Shown here piece after piece: positions 19,202-30,163 of a stretch of DNA of 64,000 nucleotides (the stretch's first letter is position 1; each line of letters opens with the position of its first letter). A program made the position numbers and the translations under genes. Source of the stretch: Klebsiella phage KPP2018. The DNA lies in the sequence record NC_110934.1; one strand, given 5' to 3'. Under the pieces are notes generated by a model. That model ran no database searches and was not told the DNA's origin. It was given only the letters and a program-made list of their open reading frames with translations.

Positions 19202-22035
19202 TCCACAGACTGTTCTCCATCATCTCCTTCTGCTCTAATACGAAAATATAGTTTTCTATTGATCCCTAGAGCACCACTGTTATGAAGAGCAAAATCTGCC
19301 TTATTATACATTAATAAATAGTCATAAGTATACTGATTTTCAATGCGTACACTTCTTAGCATTCTATTCTGAGAATCATAGATCTCCAGAGTATAGAATA
19401 TACTTTCTATTATATCTTCTTCCGGTATCCTATCCCAAGCTAGTTTTACATCTGGTCCGACAAACTCAGTTACATCCCCAGAGGCCGTATTAGTTACTCT
19501 AAAATTAGATACTACGCTTAGGTTTTTAGCAGAGTTAAGTTCTATAGATAATGTTACTGGAGAACTTCTTCTACCGTTTATATCCACAGCCCTTATTTCA
19601 AATATTGCTAAACCTGCAGGTTCTCCAATTATCTCTTGGATCATGCGTTCATTGGGATTTGTTTCTAGTTGCTGCACGATATAGGGTTCAGCATGACCTG
19701 AATGCACGATAGAGTAATAAACTACGTTATTAGTTAAACTTGGAAGCCAAGATAGCTCACCATTTTTTCCTATAGAGCCAACTAAACCACCAGGTGTAGG
19801 AGTATATTTAAAATCTCTAGGAGGAAGAACGTTGTTACTAATATCTGGTATATCATTACCACTATTATCTACTTGATCAGAGTTGATAAATACATCTTCT
19901 CCATACTCCTGTAGAGTAACATTTATCTTTCCTTCTCTAGAGTTTTCTACTTCATCTACTAAAAAGTATTTCCTATTCCATCCATAACGGTCATATGTAA
20001 ATGCAATAGCATCGTTAGGCTCAATACCAATGAATTGATATGGTAAAGAAAATGAGAGGGTTCTAGAATACCTAGATTTTTTAAGCTCTCTGTCTGCAAA
20101 ACTTCTAGCAGTATAGTAGTTAGTTATATTTGCAAAAGATAACTGTAATTTTTTGTCTAGATTTTTATCCTGCTCTTTATATTTAGAGTTGTAAAAGGTA
20201 ATAGCATTAGTTTTCCAGCTAAGAGCAGGATCTACGATAGATGCTTGAACTGAGTTGAATTTATTTCTACCAGTAGTATCTGATAGCTCTAAATCACCAT
20301 AAGTATCCAGAAAATTAATCTCTAATGGGGTATTAGAATATTTTTCTACAGTAATCCTATACTGGCCAGATAAGTTGTTAATAGCCCCACCATAGGACTC
20401 TAGCAAACCTTGCACATTTTTAAATACTGATTCAGATGTATCTAGAATAGTATTCATTTGCACTATTTGTCTATTTTCTGCTAATGGATCAGTCCACCCA
20501 ACGTATCTCCAGTATGGCTGCCAGGATACTTGGTAAGATTCATCTATAATATCTAGGATAGCAGCTTCCTGTATCAATTGTTGAAGAGGGAACTGATCAA
20601 TAGTAATGTTAGCGCCGTATCTATCTGAAGTTAAGTAATCAAGTGTTTGCCAGATACCATTTAAACTAGTGCTATTAGCAGTTACTCTACCATCAGAATG
20701 ATAGATTTTTACCTTCTTACCCTGAATCTCAGCACTAACTTCTGGGATCTCAGTTCTATTTTCATTAATAGTGAAGCGTACTACCGCGTATGCAGTATCT
20801 AATAGTTTATATCTAGCATCCCAGTACTCAGGCCCATTACCATTCATATTTTGGAGATAGAACCCACGTTCCTTCGCTATATTTACTAATACTTCAGAAG
20901 CCGTTTGATCAGCTTTTCCATGATAAGTCCAAATCCTTATATCACCATTACCATCATTATATTTATATTCTTGACCGTGCACGGAAGGACTACTAGAAGA
21001 TATTCCTGATGCTATTCTTTGCATGGTGTCTCCGGCTACTTTTTTAACACCGAAACAGGTTCTAGCAGAGCTATCATTAGAGTCCATACAAATCATAGGG
21101 TTATCCCCAAAGGAAAAGTCAAGAAAACCGTCTATCTCCCCTTCAGCAAAGGCGTATACTACATAAACTATATTAGGATTGTGTAGTTCCGTATCCGCAA
21201 AAATAGGTATTCCCGGTATTTTCTGTACACCATAAACTACTGGTATATACTTAGCAGCAAGGTTAAAATCTATATCTACTTCTTTAGTAACAGTCTCATA
21301 ATACTTTTTAAGACTATAGCTTCTAGAGAGGCCAAATAGCTTTTTCTTAGACTTTAACTTGTATCTTTCTTCCTGTACCTGATATTTTGCTAGAATAGAG
21401 ATACTTTTATTGGCGTGAAAGAACCCATAATCTTCTTGGTACTCAAGTCTTTTAGCCCCATTAGATGGAACTAATTGCCCTGCTACAACCTCAAGCCCTC
21501 TATGAGAAGCATCATCAGTAAATCTACCATTAACCCTATCAAAATCATAGAATTGGTTAGAACAATTCCAAGTAATTGTGGAGGTTCCAACCCCAGAAGT
21601 ACTAATGTTGTCCTTAATACCCCCACCGGTAATTCTCCCTCTAAAATATAATAAAGGGCCATTTGTGTCTGGGTCTACAGGTAAAATAGAACCATCCTCT
21701 GTAATAATTGCTTGGTGGATTGATACTATTCTATCTAAAAAGGACACACCATTCTGCACTAATTTCAGTACTTCATCCTGCGCTGTACCTGTAATAGTAA
21801 AAGATAGACTGCCAATAGATAAATCTCTATTTTGTTTATGTGTGCTAATGGACTTAACCTTACCGGCCTGGTACAAAATACCATTATATAGTACATCTCT
21901 AAAATAATCAGTTAAATAAATAAAAGCAGTACTAGTACCAGTAGAGCCAGGTAATTCTAGGGAAATTAGACTAGCAGTTTTTATTCTGCTATTATTTTTT
22001 AAGTAGTTTCTAGCACTATCTAGTATTTTCTTCAT
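19186..22035 (-). CDS. baseplate hub protein (T5 pb3-like, 949 aa)
   Basis: Length identical to T5 pb3 (949 aa). Position between the Dit-like and pb4-like genes. Confidence 0.75.
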   Translation of the reverse strand: MKKILDSARNYLKNNSRIKTASLISLELPGSTGTSTAFIYLTDYFRDVLYNGILYQAGKVKSISTHKQNRDLSIGSLSFTITGTAQDEVLKLVQNGVSFLDRIVSIHQAIITEDGSILPVDPDTNGPLLYFRGRITGGGIKDNISTSGVGTSTITWNCSNQFYDFDRVNGRFTDDASHRGLEVVAGQLVPSNGAKRLEYQEDYGFFHANKSISILAKYQVQEERYKLKSKKKLFGLSRSYSLKKYYETVTKEVDIDFNLAAKYIPVVYGVQKIPGIPIFADTELHNPNIVYVVYAFAEGEIDGFLDFSFGDNPMICMDSNDSSARTCFGVKKVAGDTMQRIASGISSSSPSVHGQEYKYNDGNGDIRIWTYHGKADQTASEVLVNIAKERGFYLQNMNGNGPEYWDARYKLLDTAYAVVRFTINENRTEIPEVSAEIQGKKVKIYHSDGRVTANSTSLNGIWQTLDYLTSDRYGANITIDQFPLQQLIQEAAILDIIDESYQVSWQPYWRYVGWTDPLAENRQIVQMNTILDTSESVFKNVQGLLESYGGAINNLSGQYRITVEKYSNTPLEINFLDTYGDLELSDTTGRNKFNSVQASIVDPALSWKTNAITFYNSKYKEQDKNLDKKLQLSFANITNYYTARSFADRELKKSRYSRTLSFSLPYQFIGIEPNDAIAFTYDRYGWNRKYFLVDEVENSREGKINVTLQEYGEDVFINSDQVDNSGNDIPDISNNVLPPRDFKYTPTPGGLVGSIGKNGELSWLPSLTNNVVYYSIVHSGHAEPYIVQQLETNPNERMIQEIIGEPAGLAIFEIRAVDINGRRSSPVTLSIELNSAKNLSVVSNFRVTNTASGDVTEFVGPDVKLAWDRIPEEDIIESIFYTLEIYDSQNRMLRSVRIENQYTYDYLLMYNKADFALHNSGALGINRKLYFRIRAEGDDGEQSVEWASI

Positions 22036-22646
22036 AAACTTTCCCGTAAATTTAATGAGATGCCGGAATATGTTCCGTTATTATTTAATGTAGATCCGAA
22101 AGCATCACCATTCATGAGTTTTGTTCTAAATAGTATTCCGTTAAACACTGGTTTCTCAGCCCCAGTAGTAGTTATAAATAAATCAGGGTATAAGTTTATG
22201 GACCATGTATTACCTGATTTGTTGAATGATGTTATTTTATATACTTTTGGGTGGTTAGATAGCTTAAATAGATCCCCCGGTTTTGGAGTACCGGTAAGAA
22301 GTCCTTTTGTATCCATAGTTATATTAGAACCCTTTTGTCCAGCAGGTATATTTACTAGACTAGTATTACCTCTAACTCTAAAAGCTTCGTATTGGGGTAA
22401 TATAACATCTATATAACTACCAGTCCTTTTATATTCTAGAATAAAAGCATCTAAAACACTATATTCATCTGGAAATAATTCTGGATAAGAAATATTTATA
22501 CCCCAGTATTGAGCAGATACCTTAACTTCGTTAACTTTACCATTTGGTAACTCATCACGAATTACTGGGTCATTATCAATCAGGTTAACACTTTCGAATC
22601 CTAATCCTGAAAGTTCTGGATTCGTGTATGGGTCTGGTAATCTCAT
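22032..22646 (-). CDS. distal tail protein Dit (T5 pb9-like, 204 aa)
   Basis: Length identical to T5 pb9. Strong RBS AAAGAGGAGAAATTAACTATG. Directly downstream of the tape measure gene. Confidence 0.7.
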   Translation of the reverse strand: MRLPDPYTNPELSGLGFESVNLIDNDPVIRDELPNGKVNEVKVSAQYWGINISYPELFPDEYSVLDAFILEYKRTGSYIDVILPQYEAFRVRGNTSLVNIPAGQKGSNITMDTKGLLTGTPKPGDLFKLSNHPKVYKITSFNKSGNTWSINLYPDLFITTTGAEKPVFNGILFRTKLMNGDAFGSTLNNNGTYSGISLNLRESL

Positions 22647-22673
22647 AGTTAATTTCTCCTCTTTAATAACAAT

Positions 22674-22702
22674 ATTATAATAGTATTAGAAAATTTTATC
22701 AA
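22674..22702 (-). promoter_or_regulatory. sigma70-like promoter on - strand (TTGATA-17-TATAAT) upstream of Dit gene
   Basis: Minus-strand reading TTGATAAAATTTTCTAATACTATTATAAT, located just after the terminator that follows the tape measure gene. Confidence 0.5.
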
Positions 22703-22704
22703 GA

Positions 22705-22748
22705 AATTTTTATTTTTCCATAAAGAAAAGGAGGACTCAAAGTCCTCC
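22705..22748 (-). terminator. rho-independent terminator after tape measure gene
   Basis: GGAGGACT-CAA-AGTCCTCC hairpin followed on the - strand by TTTTCTTTATGGAAAAATAAAAA. Confidence 0.7.
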
Positions 22749-22755
22749 TCCAGTT

Positions 22756-25700
22756 TTAAGAATTTCCTAATGTTTTCAAACTAGCACCGTTCTCGTTCAG
22801 AGCTAATTCTACTGCGTCTCTTAGAGCACCACTATTACTAGAAGCAAACTCTCTAAAACTTGCAGCATCCATAGCACTAATATTCAAGATGATAGGTCTT
22901 CCTGAAGTTGAGTTAGATGAGGTTTTTAGCTCATCATTAGGCGTAGCTTTCATAGGAACCATAGGGGTAACTACTTCTGTACCATGTTCACCCATTTGGT
23001 AACTGACCCCTGGGTACATATTACCACCCTCAGCACGAGGAACGAAAGAGTTGGCACTACCTATACCTTGATCGCCACGAATATAAGATAGTTCACCTGC
23101 ATTAGCAGACATGGACACATCTATATTCTTTTGACGCTCTCCTAAGGTTAAGTAACTAGTTGTATCAGCTCCCGAATCAGCAATACTCGACATACTCGAT
23201 GCAGAGGATGCTTGGGCGAGGGCCAGAGCACCTGCTAAACCTGCCGCTACCATCAGAGGGATAGAGAACGGATATGGAACAGCTGTTGCCGCCTGCATTA
23301 CAGCTACTGCAGTTTGGATGATAATCTGCTTCTTAGCTGCGTCTTGTTGAATCTTCAGCTTTTCAGCTTCTAACTTTTTCAGTTTAGCTTTAGATGCTTC
23401 AGATTTACCATCTCGTTTCTGCTCTGCTGCAATAGCCTGATCAATCGCACTAACTTGTTGGCTAGTACTATATTGAATCATCGAGGCTACAGTCTGCATA
23501 CCAGAAGCAATCATAGACGTAGTATCTAGAGATCCCTGAGAGAATTGAATCATAGCATTGGTTAGGTTACCCATGCTTTGAGCTACAGCGGTTGCTTCAG
23601 AGTTTAGCTCAGATAGTTTAGAGATTGCCTGATCATAAGAAGCCATTCTATTTTGCATATCAGCAAAATCTTTATCTTCTCCAGATAATCCAGTTGTAGG
23701 GGTGTACACAGCACCTACAGAAGACCCTACCTGTTGCTGCATCTGGCTATCTCTCTGTTTTCTAAGCTGTTCTAAGGCTGCTGAAGTTTTATAAATCTCA
23801 TTACGATATTTAATTTCTTCTTCAGTATTACCTTTAGACAGCTCCAGCTGCTGCTGCAGAATAGATAACCTTTCAGTAAGAATCTGGGACTGACCAGTGA
23901 CATTTCTCTGCGTTTGGCTAACCTCTAAGGCATCCATGAGAGCTGACACATGCGAGGCAGTAGCTTGTTTCTCTGCTTCCCACAGTTCTCTACTTATTTG
24001 TGCTTGGGCGCGTCTAGACTGTTCAGCCTCTTTCTGTTTATCGGTTTGTCTTGAATACCACTCGTACTTCTCTTTCTCTATAGTTAGTTCTAGCTTTAAC
24101 TGGGCTAATCTATATTGAGTAGCAGTCATAGTACGATCATTTAGAAGGGCTATCTCACGATCTACACCAAGAATTTTATCTGTATAATCCTTAACCTTCT
24201 TCTGAGCCTCCATACCCTGATTGGTAAGTTTAAGTTTCTCCAGCTGAATTTTTTCAATTTCTTTCTCAACAGCTTTATTTCCCTGGTTTGTTTGAAGAAC
24301 ACGGCGTAAAGCAGCTTCTTGCTCTTCTAACTGTTGGAGTTCTAAACGCCTACCAGCTTCCTGTGCTTTTTCTTTATCCTTAGTTTGGTTATATACATCA
24401 GCTATCTTCTGTTGAACTGCTAACTGATTTTTAGTTTCATTACCAGTTAGTTTAACGTACTCAGATAAGGCCTGAGACGCAGTTTTCATTTCAGACAGAG
24501 TGTTATACCCCAGGTTAAGGTTTTTAACATACTCATCTGCACTTTTACCAGTACCTTGAGATAATGATTCTATATTTTTTATAGCATCTGCTAGTGTAGC
24601 ACTAGTTTTAGCAGCGGTATCTGTGTTCTGAGCAACGTTCTGTATATCATTAGCTAAGTCACTAGCAGTTTTCTTAGTCTGATTATACGCTTTTTGTTGT
24701 TCAGTTAGTCCTTTTAATACAGTAGAGTTAAAATCGTATACAGCATCAGGATCAGTAGTATCTCTCTGTAGATTAATCTGTTTCTGAAACTCTGGATTAG
24801 CCTTTGCAGCAGCAGCCCCAGCAGCTTGATACGCTGATTTCCAAGCAGTAAGATTCTCTGTAGAATCAGTAACTTCTTTATCCAAGCGTGCTACTTGTAG
24901 TCCCATAGCGGCGGTTTCTGCTACAAATTGTTTATTAGCTTCCGAAGCACCTGCTGCTGCAAGACCAACAGGAATACCTTCACCAACTTGACGTATAGCT
25001 AATTTTGTATAGAAATCTGCCTGTTCCATTCGTTTATCGAACTCAGATTTTAGCTTATTACGTTTATCAAGAGATTCCTTATACATATCTAGAGCTTTAT
25101 TATAGCCTTCTTCAGAAGCGGCCAAACTTAGAGCAACAGCACCAACATTGGTAGGATCTATCTGTCTATTAGTTTTTTCTTGAGCTCTAGCTGCTTCAGC
25201 AGATACAGAAGCCTGAGAAGTATAAAATACTGTGTTGATAGCATCAATTACTGGCCCTAAGTACTTAGCGGCAGCTTGTTGTATTGTTCTTAGTGCAGCA
25301 TCTGCGTTAGCAGCAAACTGTTCCCACGGAGTAGCACGTAAAACCTCATCTAAGTAACCAAAACGTTTAGTAGATTCTGCTATAACAGCATTAGCATACG
25401 CTTGCTGTTTCTGGAAGGTAGTAAGGCTATTAATATTATACGTTATACCTGTGTTTGCAGCATTTAACTGTTTAACGTAATCAGCATAAGCATCGTTAAG
25501 ACGAATAGTAACACCAAGTTCATCCAGAAGTTCGATTTCTTGTTTAGATACACCCTTAATTACACGGTTAAGTGCATCAGTCATATCAACGCCAAGAACA
25601 GCAGCAGCACGACGAGCTACTAGGCCAAATTTATTAAGTTGTTCGGCATCAAACCCATACGCGGACGCTGAGGATGCTTGCCTCATAGCTTCTTCAAAAG

Positions 25701-26436
25701 AGATTGCATAGCCTGCCGCCTCTTGTAGTGATCTAGCAAGGGACTGAACAGGAGTACCTGTCTGAGTACCTACTATAACACCAAATTTTTCTAGACGATT
25801 TAGCTGATCACCTAGTTTAAGTTGTTCGAATGCGGATTGCAAAACGAAGATGTTGGAAGCAATAGCGGCGTATAATAGTGGTAAACTACCCCCTACCTTA
25901 GCCATTGCCGCAAAATCACGAGTTGCACCACGTGCTGAACCAGAAGTATTACCAATAGCTCTAGAAGCTCTACCAGCGGCACCAGCAGTATCATTAAAAC
26001 CTCTAGCTGTACCGCCTAAAACTCTATTGGTGTCATACAATCTATCTTGAACTTTTTCTGTTGCAGCTGCAACATCATTACCCATTGTTTTAACAGATCT
26101 AGAAACTCCATCAAATCCGACTTCTAATTTATCTGCTACTTCAATCATTGTAATAGCGAGATCGTCTAACTTAGCTCCTATATCATTAATAGATTTAGTA
26201 ACACTAAGCATACCTCTGCTAGCTTGCATTTTAGTAAGACTTTTCGCTGCTCTATCTGCTGCCCTCTCAATGGAGTAAAGGGTTTTGGGCATTTTACCTA
26301 ACTGCTCATTTGTCAGTTCGGAAGCAGCAGCAGCGTTTTCCAACGCATCAGATACGTTTTCAATAGACTTTGCAGTACGAGTTGCCCCCTTCTGTTTAAC
26401 GTCTATTAGTAATTCTCGTATTAGCTTATCAGTCAT
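22756..26436 (-). CDS. tail tape measure protein (T5 pb2-like, 1226 aa)
   Basis: Very long, Ala/Gln-rich coiled-coil protein with hydrophobic segments near the C-terminus. T5 pb2 is about 1219 aa, as I recall. Sits between the chaperone genes and Dit. Confidence 0.85.
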   Translation of the reverse strand: MTDKLIRELLIDVKQKGATRTAKSIENVSDALENAAAASELTNEQLGKMPKTLYSIERAADRAAKSLTKMQASRGMLSVTKSINDIGAKLDDLAITMIEVADKLEVGFDGVSRSVKTMGNDVAAATEKVQDRLYDTNRVLGGTARGFNDTAGAAGRASRAIGNTSGSARGATRDFAAMAKVGGSLPLLYAAIASNIFVLQSAFEQLKLGDQLNRLEKFGVIVGTQTGTPVQSLARSLQEAAGYAISFEEAMRQASSASAYGFDAEQLNKFGLVARRAAAVLGVDMTDALNRVIKGVSKQEIELLDELGVTIRLNDAYADYVKQLNAANTGITYNINSLTTFQKQQAYANAVIAESTKRFGYLDEVLRATPWEQFAANADAALRTIQQAAAKYLGPVIDAINTVFYTSQASVSAEAARAQEKTNRQIDPTNVGAVALSLAASEEGYNKALDMYKESLDKRNKLKSEFDKRMEQADFYTKLAIRQVGEGIPVGLAAAGASEANKQFVAETAAMGLQVARLDKEVTDSTENLTAWKSAYQAAGAAAAKANPEFQKQINLQRDTTDPDAVYDFNSTVLKGLTEQQKAYNQTKKTASDLANDIQNVAQNTDTAAKTSATLADAIKNIESLSQGTGKSADEYVKNLNLGYNTLSEMKTASQALSEYVKLTGNETKNQLAVQQKIADVYNQTKDKEKAQEAGRRLELQQLEEQEAALRRVLQTNQGNKAVEKEIEKIQLEKLKLTNQGMEAQKKVKDYTDKILGVDREIALLNDRTMTATQYRLAQLKLELTIEKEKYEWYSRQTDKQKEAEQSRRAQAQISRELWEAEKQATASHVSALMDALEVSQTQRNVTGQSQILTERLSILQQQLELSKGNTEEEIKYRNEIYKTSAALEQLRKQRDSQMQQQVGSSVGAVYTPTTGLSGEDKDFADMQNRMASYDQAISKLSELNSEATAVAQSMGNLTNAMIQFSQGSLDTTSMIASGMQTVASMIQYSTSQQVSAIDQAIAAEQKRDGKSEASKAKLKKLEAEKLKIQQDAAKKQIIIQTAVAVMQAATAVPYPFSIPLMVAAGLAGALALAQASSASSMSSIADSGADTTSYLTLGERQKNIDVSMSANAGELSYIRGDQGIGSANSFVPRAEGGNMYPGVSYQMGEHGTEVVTPMVPMKATPNDELKTSSNSTSGRPIILNISAMDAASFREFASSNSGALRDAVELALNENGASLKTLGNS

Positions 26437-26444
26437 GTTTTATT

Positions 26445-26483
26445 TTCCCAATAAAAAAGGCTCTGGGCAAATCACCCAGAGCC
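26445..26483 (-). terminator. intra-operon rho-independent terminator/attenuator immediately upstream of tape measure start
   Basis: GGCTCTGGGTGATTTGCCCAGAGCC hairpin then TTTTTTATTGGGAAAATAAAACATG (- strand). Shares the TTTTTTATTGGGAAAA module with the terminator after the capsid gene. Confidence 0.7.
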
Positions 26484-26518
26484 AAGCCTCATCGTGGAAC
26501 GCCCATTGGAGGAAACTT

Positions 26519-26887
26519 TTACCGTGCGCGAGATTTAGCATGTGGCTTAACGTTAGGAATCCTCCCGTTTTGCGGTTTATGCTTCTCAGCACGTTTACGT
26601 GCAGCATCTACAGCTTTAGCATCAAATATATTGATAATGTGTAGAACAAATTCTTTTTCTATAGGATCAGTAATCCCATAAATATCAAATAAAACACCTA
26701 ATGCAGCCTTATCTTTACCTATAAAAATAGGAAAGTCACCCGGTATGAAACAGTCAATTAGACTGTTATAAATATTCATACTAATAGATACAATAGGTGG
26801 AAAATCTTCGAGTTCAACGGGCATAGCCTTAGGATCCGGCTCTATACCCATTGACTCACAAAGTATTAAATATTGTTGTTTGGTCAT
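26519..26887 (-). CDS. tail assembly chaperone (second of pair)
   Basis: 122-aa acidic protein between the tube/p140 genes and the tape measure, the usual chaperone position. Confidence 0.5.
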   Translation of the reverse strand: MTKQQYLILCESMGIEPDPKAMPVELEDFPPIVSISMNIYNSLIDCFIPGDFPIFIGKDKAALGVLFDIYGITDPIEKEFVLHIINIFDAKAVDAARKRAEKHKPQNGRIPNVKPHAKSRAR

Positions 26888-26948
26888 TTTAGATGCTGAG
26901 CTTTTAATACATTTATCTGCAAAATCAGCAACAGCATCTAGAAGTTCT

Positions 26949-27353
26949 TTACGCTTTTGGGCTACGAAAAGTGTCTAAGTGGAACACTGTCTGGTTGATC
27001 CAAGAATCAAACGCAGCAGAGTTCTGCATAAGCATTACAGCATTATCGCGACTAAAAGGAACTTCAGTCTCAGGATCAGCATCTGTTTCAATCAGCATCA
27101 GTTTTTCAACGTCACCTACAGTCAAACCAGTCCAACCTTTAATCGCAGCATCAACGAAGGCTTCAATGAACTTATCATCATCCTGTACCTGAACCAAAGT
27201 ACCGTTAACCCATTCATCGCGTTTAGCAGAAGAAATAACACGTTTAGAGGTAGCACGAGACATATAGTTAAGTTCTAGTTTAAAGTTCGGCATACCTGGG
27301 TAGGAAAGAGTAATAGTACGAGTATCAAGAGTAATATCTTTTAAATTAATCAT
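26949..27353 (-). CDS. tail assembly chaperone (first of pair)
   Basis: 134-aa acidic protein. ATGA-type overlap with the upstream p140-like gene. Confidence 0.5.
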   Translation of the reverse strand: MINLKDITLDTRTITLSYPGMPNFKLELNYMSRATSKRVISSAKRDEWVNGTLVQVQDDDKFIEAFVDAAIKGWTGLTVGDVEKLMLIETDADPETEVPFSRDNAVMLMQNSAAFDSWINQTVFHLDTFRSPKA

Positions 27354-28249
27354 TTTTTAATTTCTCCAAAGAAATCTATTCTCACTGGGTCTGAAGAAGC
27401 AGTAGGTATAATATCCCACTCAACTCTATACACATCTGAGAACTCTAGGCGTTTTGTAATACGTGCTGAAGGAAAATCTATAGAAATATTATTATTTCTT
27501 ATCGTTAAAGGTACATCTGTCTCCGGTTCTATATTATAAACCATATCTCCTGCAAAACGTTTTAAGTAGTATAGAGAAATGGTTGCCGAAGCATTCATTT
27601 CAGTTACATAGGCTCTTTTATTATTATAAATTTTATTTATATCAAAAACACTCTTATCCTCTCTCCAGGAGCACTGCTGTTGGAAAGATAAAGAGGCAGA
27701 AATAAGACCGGGTAAGATGCTACCATTAGTAGAAGCTACTACTGGGCTATAAGACATTACTTCACCCTGTATAATAGAAGCTGCTTCTCTATATGTAGAT
27801 ACTTCGGAAAATTTCCCCGATTCAATACCAACATTAAGAATTGGTATATTCTTATCTAAAGAAAAATCTACTGTAGATACATAGCAGTTTTCAAAATATA
27901 CACAGTTATTATCTTTATTTACTATATAGATATTGAACATAATAGGTTCAATATTACTACTGTATAGTGGGAGTAAGAAAGTATTACCTTTTCTATCAAA
28001 ACCTAACCATTCAAAGAAGTTAGCCTCAGTAAGAGTATTACTGAAATTTACTGCTAGAGAGATAGAAGAGGGGGTTTGAGCATTTATAATAGAGTCTGCA
28101 TAGTTAGTTCTACGATGAACAGTCCTACGAAGAGTCTTGAATTCCTCGTAGGAAGTCTGTATATCATAGTTTGATAGGGCATCAAAATGAAATGCCCTAC
28201 CATCATACTCAACTATAACTTTTGACTCTCTCATTAGAGAGTAGTACAT
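27350..28249 (-). CDS. collar/baseplate-associated structural protein (T5 p140-like, 299 aa)
   Basis: Size matches T5 p140 (298 aa). Position is uncertain relative to T5, so identity is by size only. Confidence 0.5.
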   Translation of the reverse strand: MYYSLMRESKVIVEYDGRAFHFDALSNYDIQTSYEEFKTLRRTVHRRTNYADSIINAQTPSSISLAVNFSNTLTEANFFEWLGFDRKGNTFLLPLYSSNIEPIMFNIYIVNKDNNCVYFENCYVSTVDFSLDKNIPILNVGIESGKFSEVSTYREAASIIQGEVMSYSPVVASTNGSILPGLISASLSFQQQCSWREDKSVFDINKIYNNKRAYVTEMNASATISLYYLKRFAGDMVYNIEPETDVPLTIRNNNISIDFPSARITKRLEFSDVYRVEWDIIPTASSDPVRIDFFGEIKK

Positions 28250-28253
28250 TTAA

Positions 28254-29648
28254 TTAGCCACCTACTGTTACAGTAATCTGTTTAGTACCTTTAACTCCAG
28301 AACCATCTTTAGCAGTAGCTTCTACAGTAACTGCACCAGTTTTAATAGCATCTGCTGTTAACAGTCCGGTTGCACTGATAGTAGCTGCATCACCGGCAGT
28401 GATAGCCCAAGTAACTTCCTTATTCTTTGCAGAAGAAGGAGTAACTTCAACACTCATTTGAAGAGTAGCCGAGTTGTTTACTGTAGTAGCATCACCAGCA
28501 GATTTAACAGTAATTGCGGTTACAGCATTAGTAGCACCATCACCATTAACAATCAAGTTATTAATAGTTGTTTTGGTATATTTACTAGAGAAGCCTAAGT
28601 AACCTTCATCACCAGCATCCAGATCAGATGGAATAGCTTTAAACTCTACTGAAGTACCAAGTACATCATCAGTTTCAATAGTAGGAATATTAACGTGTGC
28701 TTGTTTAGCTACCAGAATAGCCGCAGGACGTTCTTCATCGTATTCACCACCAAGTACTAGAGCAATTTCGAAGCGGTTAACTACCTTCAGAGTTTTGATA
28801 AGATCTTTATACAGCTCCATAGAACCAAGAGATTTATCATTCAGATAAGCAGTTAATGAACCAGTTAATTCAAAAGCACCAGTAAATGAACCGATCGGAA
28901 TATTTACACGGGACATAATATTCGGAGTTAGGTACGTAATGTTGTTATTAATAGTGAAAGTACCACCAGTAATAGGAATATCATATGCTTTACCAGAATC
29001 CATATCCTTAATTTTCAGGATAGTAAGTTTGTTCTTAATATAAGAACCCTGGATAGTCATATAAGTTTCATCATCAATACCTACCTCATCTGGATCAAAT
29101 GGTTGCTCATCCAGAGGAATAAGCTGATTACCGTTACCAGACCAAGTTACACGGCCAATATCTTCGATATCAACGTTAACTTCTGCCTGATTAATCTGGC
29201 AAGAGTCAATATAACTCCAGGCTTTATCAGTAAGGATATAGATGTGCAACATAGCTAACTCATGATAAGAGTTATCCTTAAAGTTAACCATAAAGTTAGC
29301 TTCGTTATTGTGTGCCCCTGTATCACCTTCTAGGTTAAGAGCTTTACCACTAGAAAGTGCATGCCATAACATATAGTCAGGAACAATTTGTTTGCTAGTA
29401 GTTTTATCTTTATACGGCAGGATATAAGTAGAGAAACTCCACTCAGCTGCGTTTAAAGAGTCATTAAAACGTTTAGAACCACGAGTTGGACGCGGACCAG
29501 CTTCATTAACAGTAATATCTGTTGAGTTACTGTCCTGACCCCAAGAAATATCATCCTGAACTAGAATCTCTTGCGTGTTGGTCTTATTGTGACCGGTCTT
29601 AACCGTAGACACGAAGATTCGAGTATTACGTAATAGTTGTAAAGACAT
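28254..29648 (-). CDS. major tail tube protein (T5 pb6-like, 464 aa) with C-terminal Ig-like domain
   Basis: Length identical to T5 pb6. C-terminal about 90 aa is a BIG2-like Ig domain (TVKSAGDATTVNNSATLQMSVEVTPSSAKNKEVTWAITAGDAATISATGLLTA...VTV). Confidence 0.8.
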   Translation of the reverse strand: MSLQLLRNTRIFVSTVKTGHNKTNTQEILVQDDISWGQDSNSTDITVNEAGPRPTRGSKRFNDSLNAAEWSFSTYILPYKDKTTSKQIVPDYMLWHALSSGKALNLEGDTGAHNNEANFMVNFKDNSYHELAMLHIYILTDKAWSYIDSCQINQAEVNVDIEDIGRVTWSGNGNQLIPLDEQPFDPDEVGIDDETYMTIQGSYIKNKLTILKIKDMDSGKAYDIPITGGTFTINNNITYLTPNIMSRVNIPIGSFTGAFELTGSLTAYLNDKSLGSMELYKDLIKTLKVVNRFEIALVLGGEYDEERPAAILVAKQAHVNIPTIETDDVLGTSVEFKAIPSDLDAGDEGYLGFSSKYTKTTINNLIVNGDGATNAVTAITVKSAGDATTVNNSATLQMSVEVTPSSAKNKEVTWAITAGDAATISATGLLTADAIKTGAVTVEATAKDGSGVKGTKQITVTVGG

Positions 29649-29674
29649 TTAATTATTTTCTCCTAATCTGTAAC

Positions 29675-30160
29675 TTATCTGCGAAGTGACCTACGTGGAG
29701 GCTGATACCTCACTGTTACATTTATTTCTGCTAAACCATATGGGGCCAGTAGACCCTCATCTGTACTAACTGATGTAATGATCATATCAGCTGCCTCACA
29801 TGGGAAGGTCGATCCATTAGGTTTACTAACAGTATATTCTAAATTTCCACCTGTGTCAATAACGGTTTTTATATCCGCTACGAGTTTTTCAAGTTGCTCT
29901 TGAATGTCTGTTTTCTCTTTATCGTACACCAGGATTGGAAGTTCTAAAAACATCCACTGTTGGCCCGAAGGAAGATACTGCCCAGTTTCAGTTCCGATAT
30001 GAACTGCCACATAAGGAAACTCTCGTATTTCCTCAAATTTATAAGTTTGACGAGAAACGTTTCCGTATAGGTTATTAAAATATTCGTCAGGTTGAGAACC
30101 ATCCATTTGTTTAGAGATTCGGTCAACCATAGCTTGTGCAATACTTGTTCTATGGTCCAT
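29675..30160 (-). CDS. tail terminator protein (T5 p142-like)
   Basis: 161 aa, immediately upstream of the tube gene in transcription order. Confidence 0.55.
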   Translation of the reverse strand: MDHRTSIAQAMVDRISKQMDGSQPDEYFNNLYGNVSRQTYKFEEIREFPYVAVHIGTETGQYLPSGQQWMFLELPILVYDKEKTDIQEQLEKLVADIKTVIDTGGNLEYTVSKPNGSTFPCEAADMIITSVSTDEGLLAPYGLAEINVTVRYQPPRRSLRR

Positions 30161-30163
30161 TTA

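Noticed and set aside
26887-26975. Programmed frameshift joining the two tail-assembly-chaperone ORFs
   Set aside because: The downstream ORF is in the +1 frame relative to the upstream one, and the overlap (CCAAAAGCGTAAAG) lacks a canonical slippery site. I treat them as two separate genes, though a +1 event cannot be excluded.
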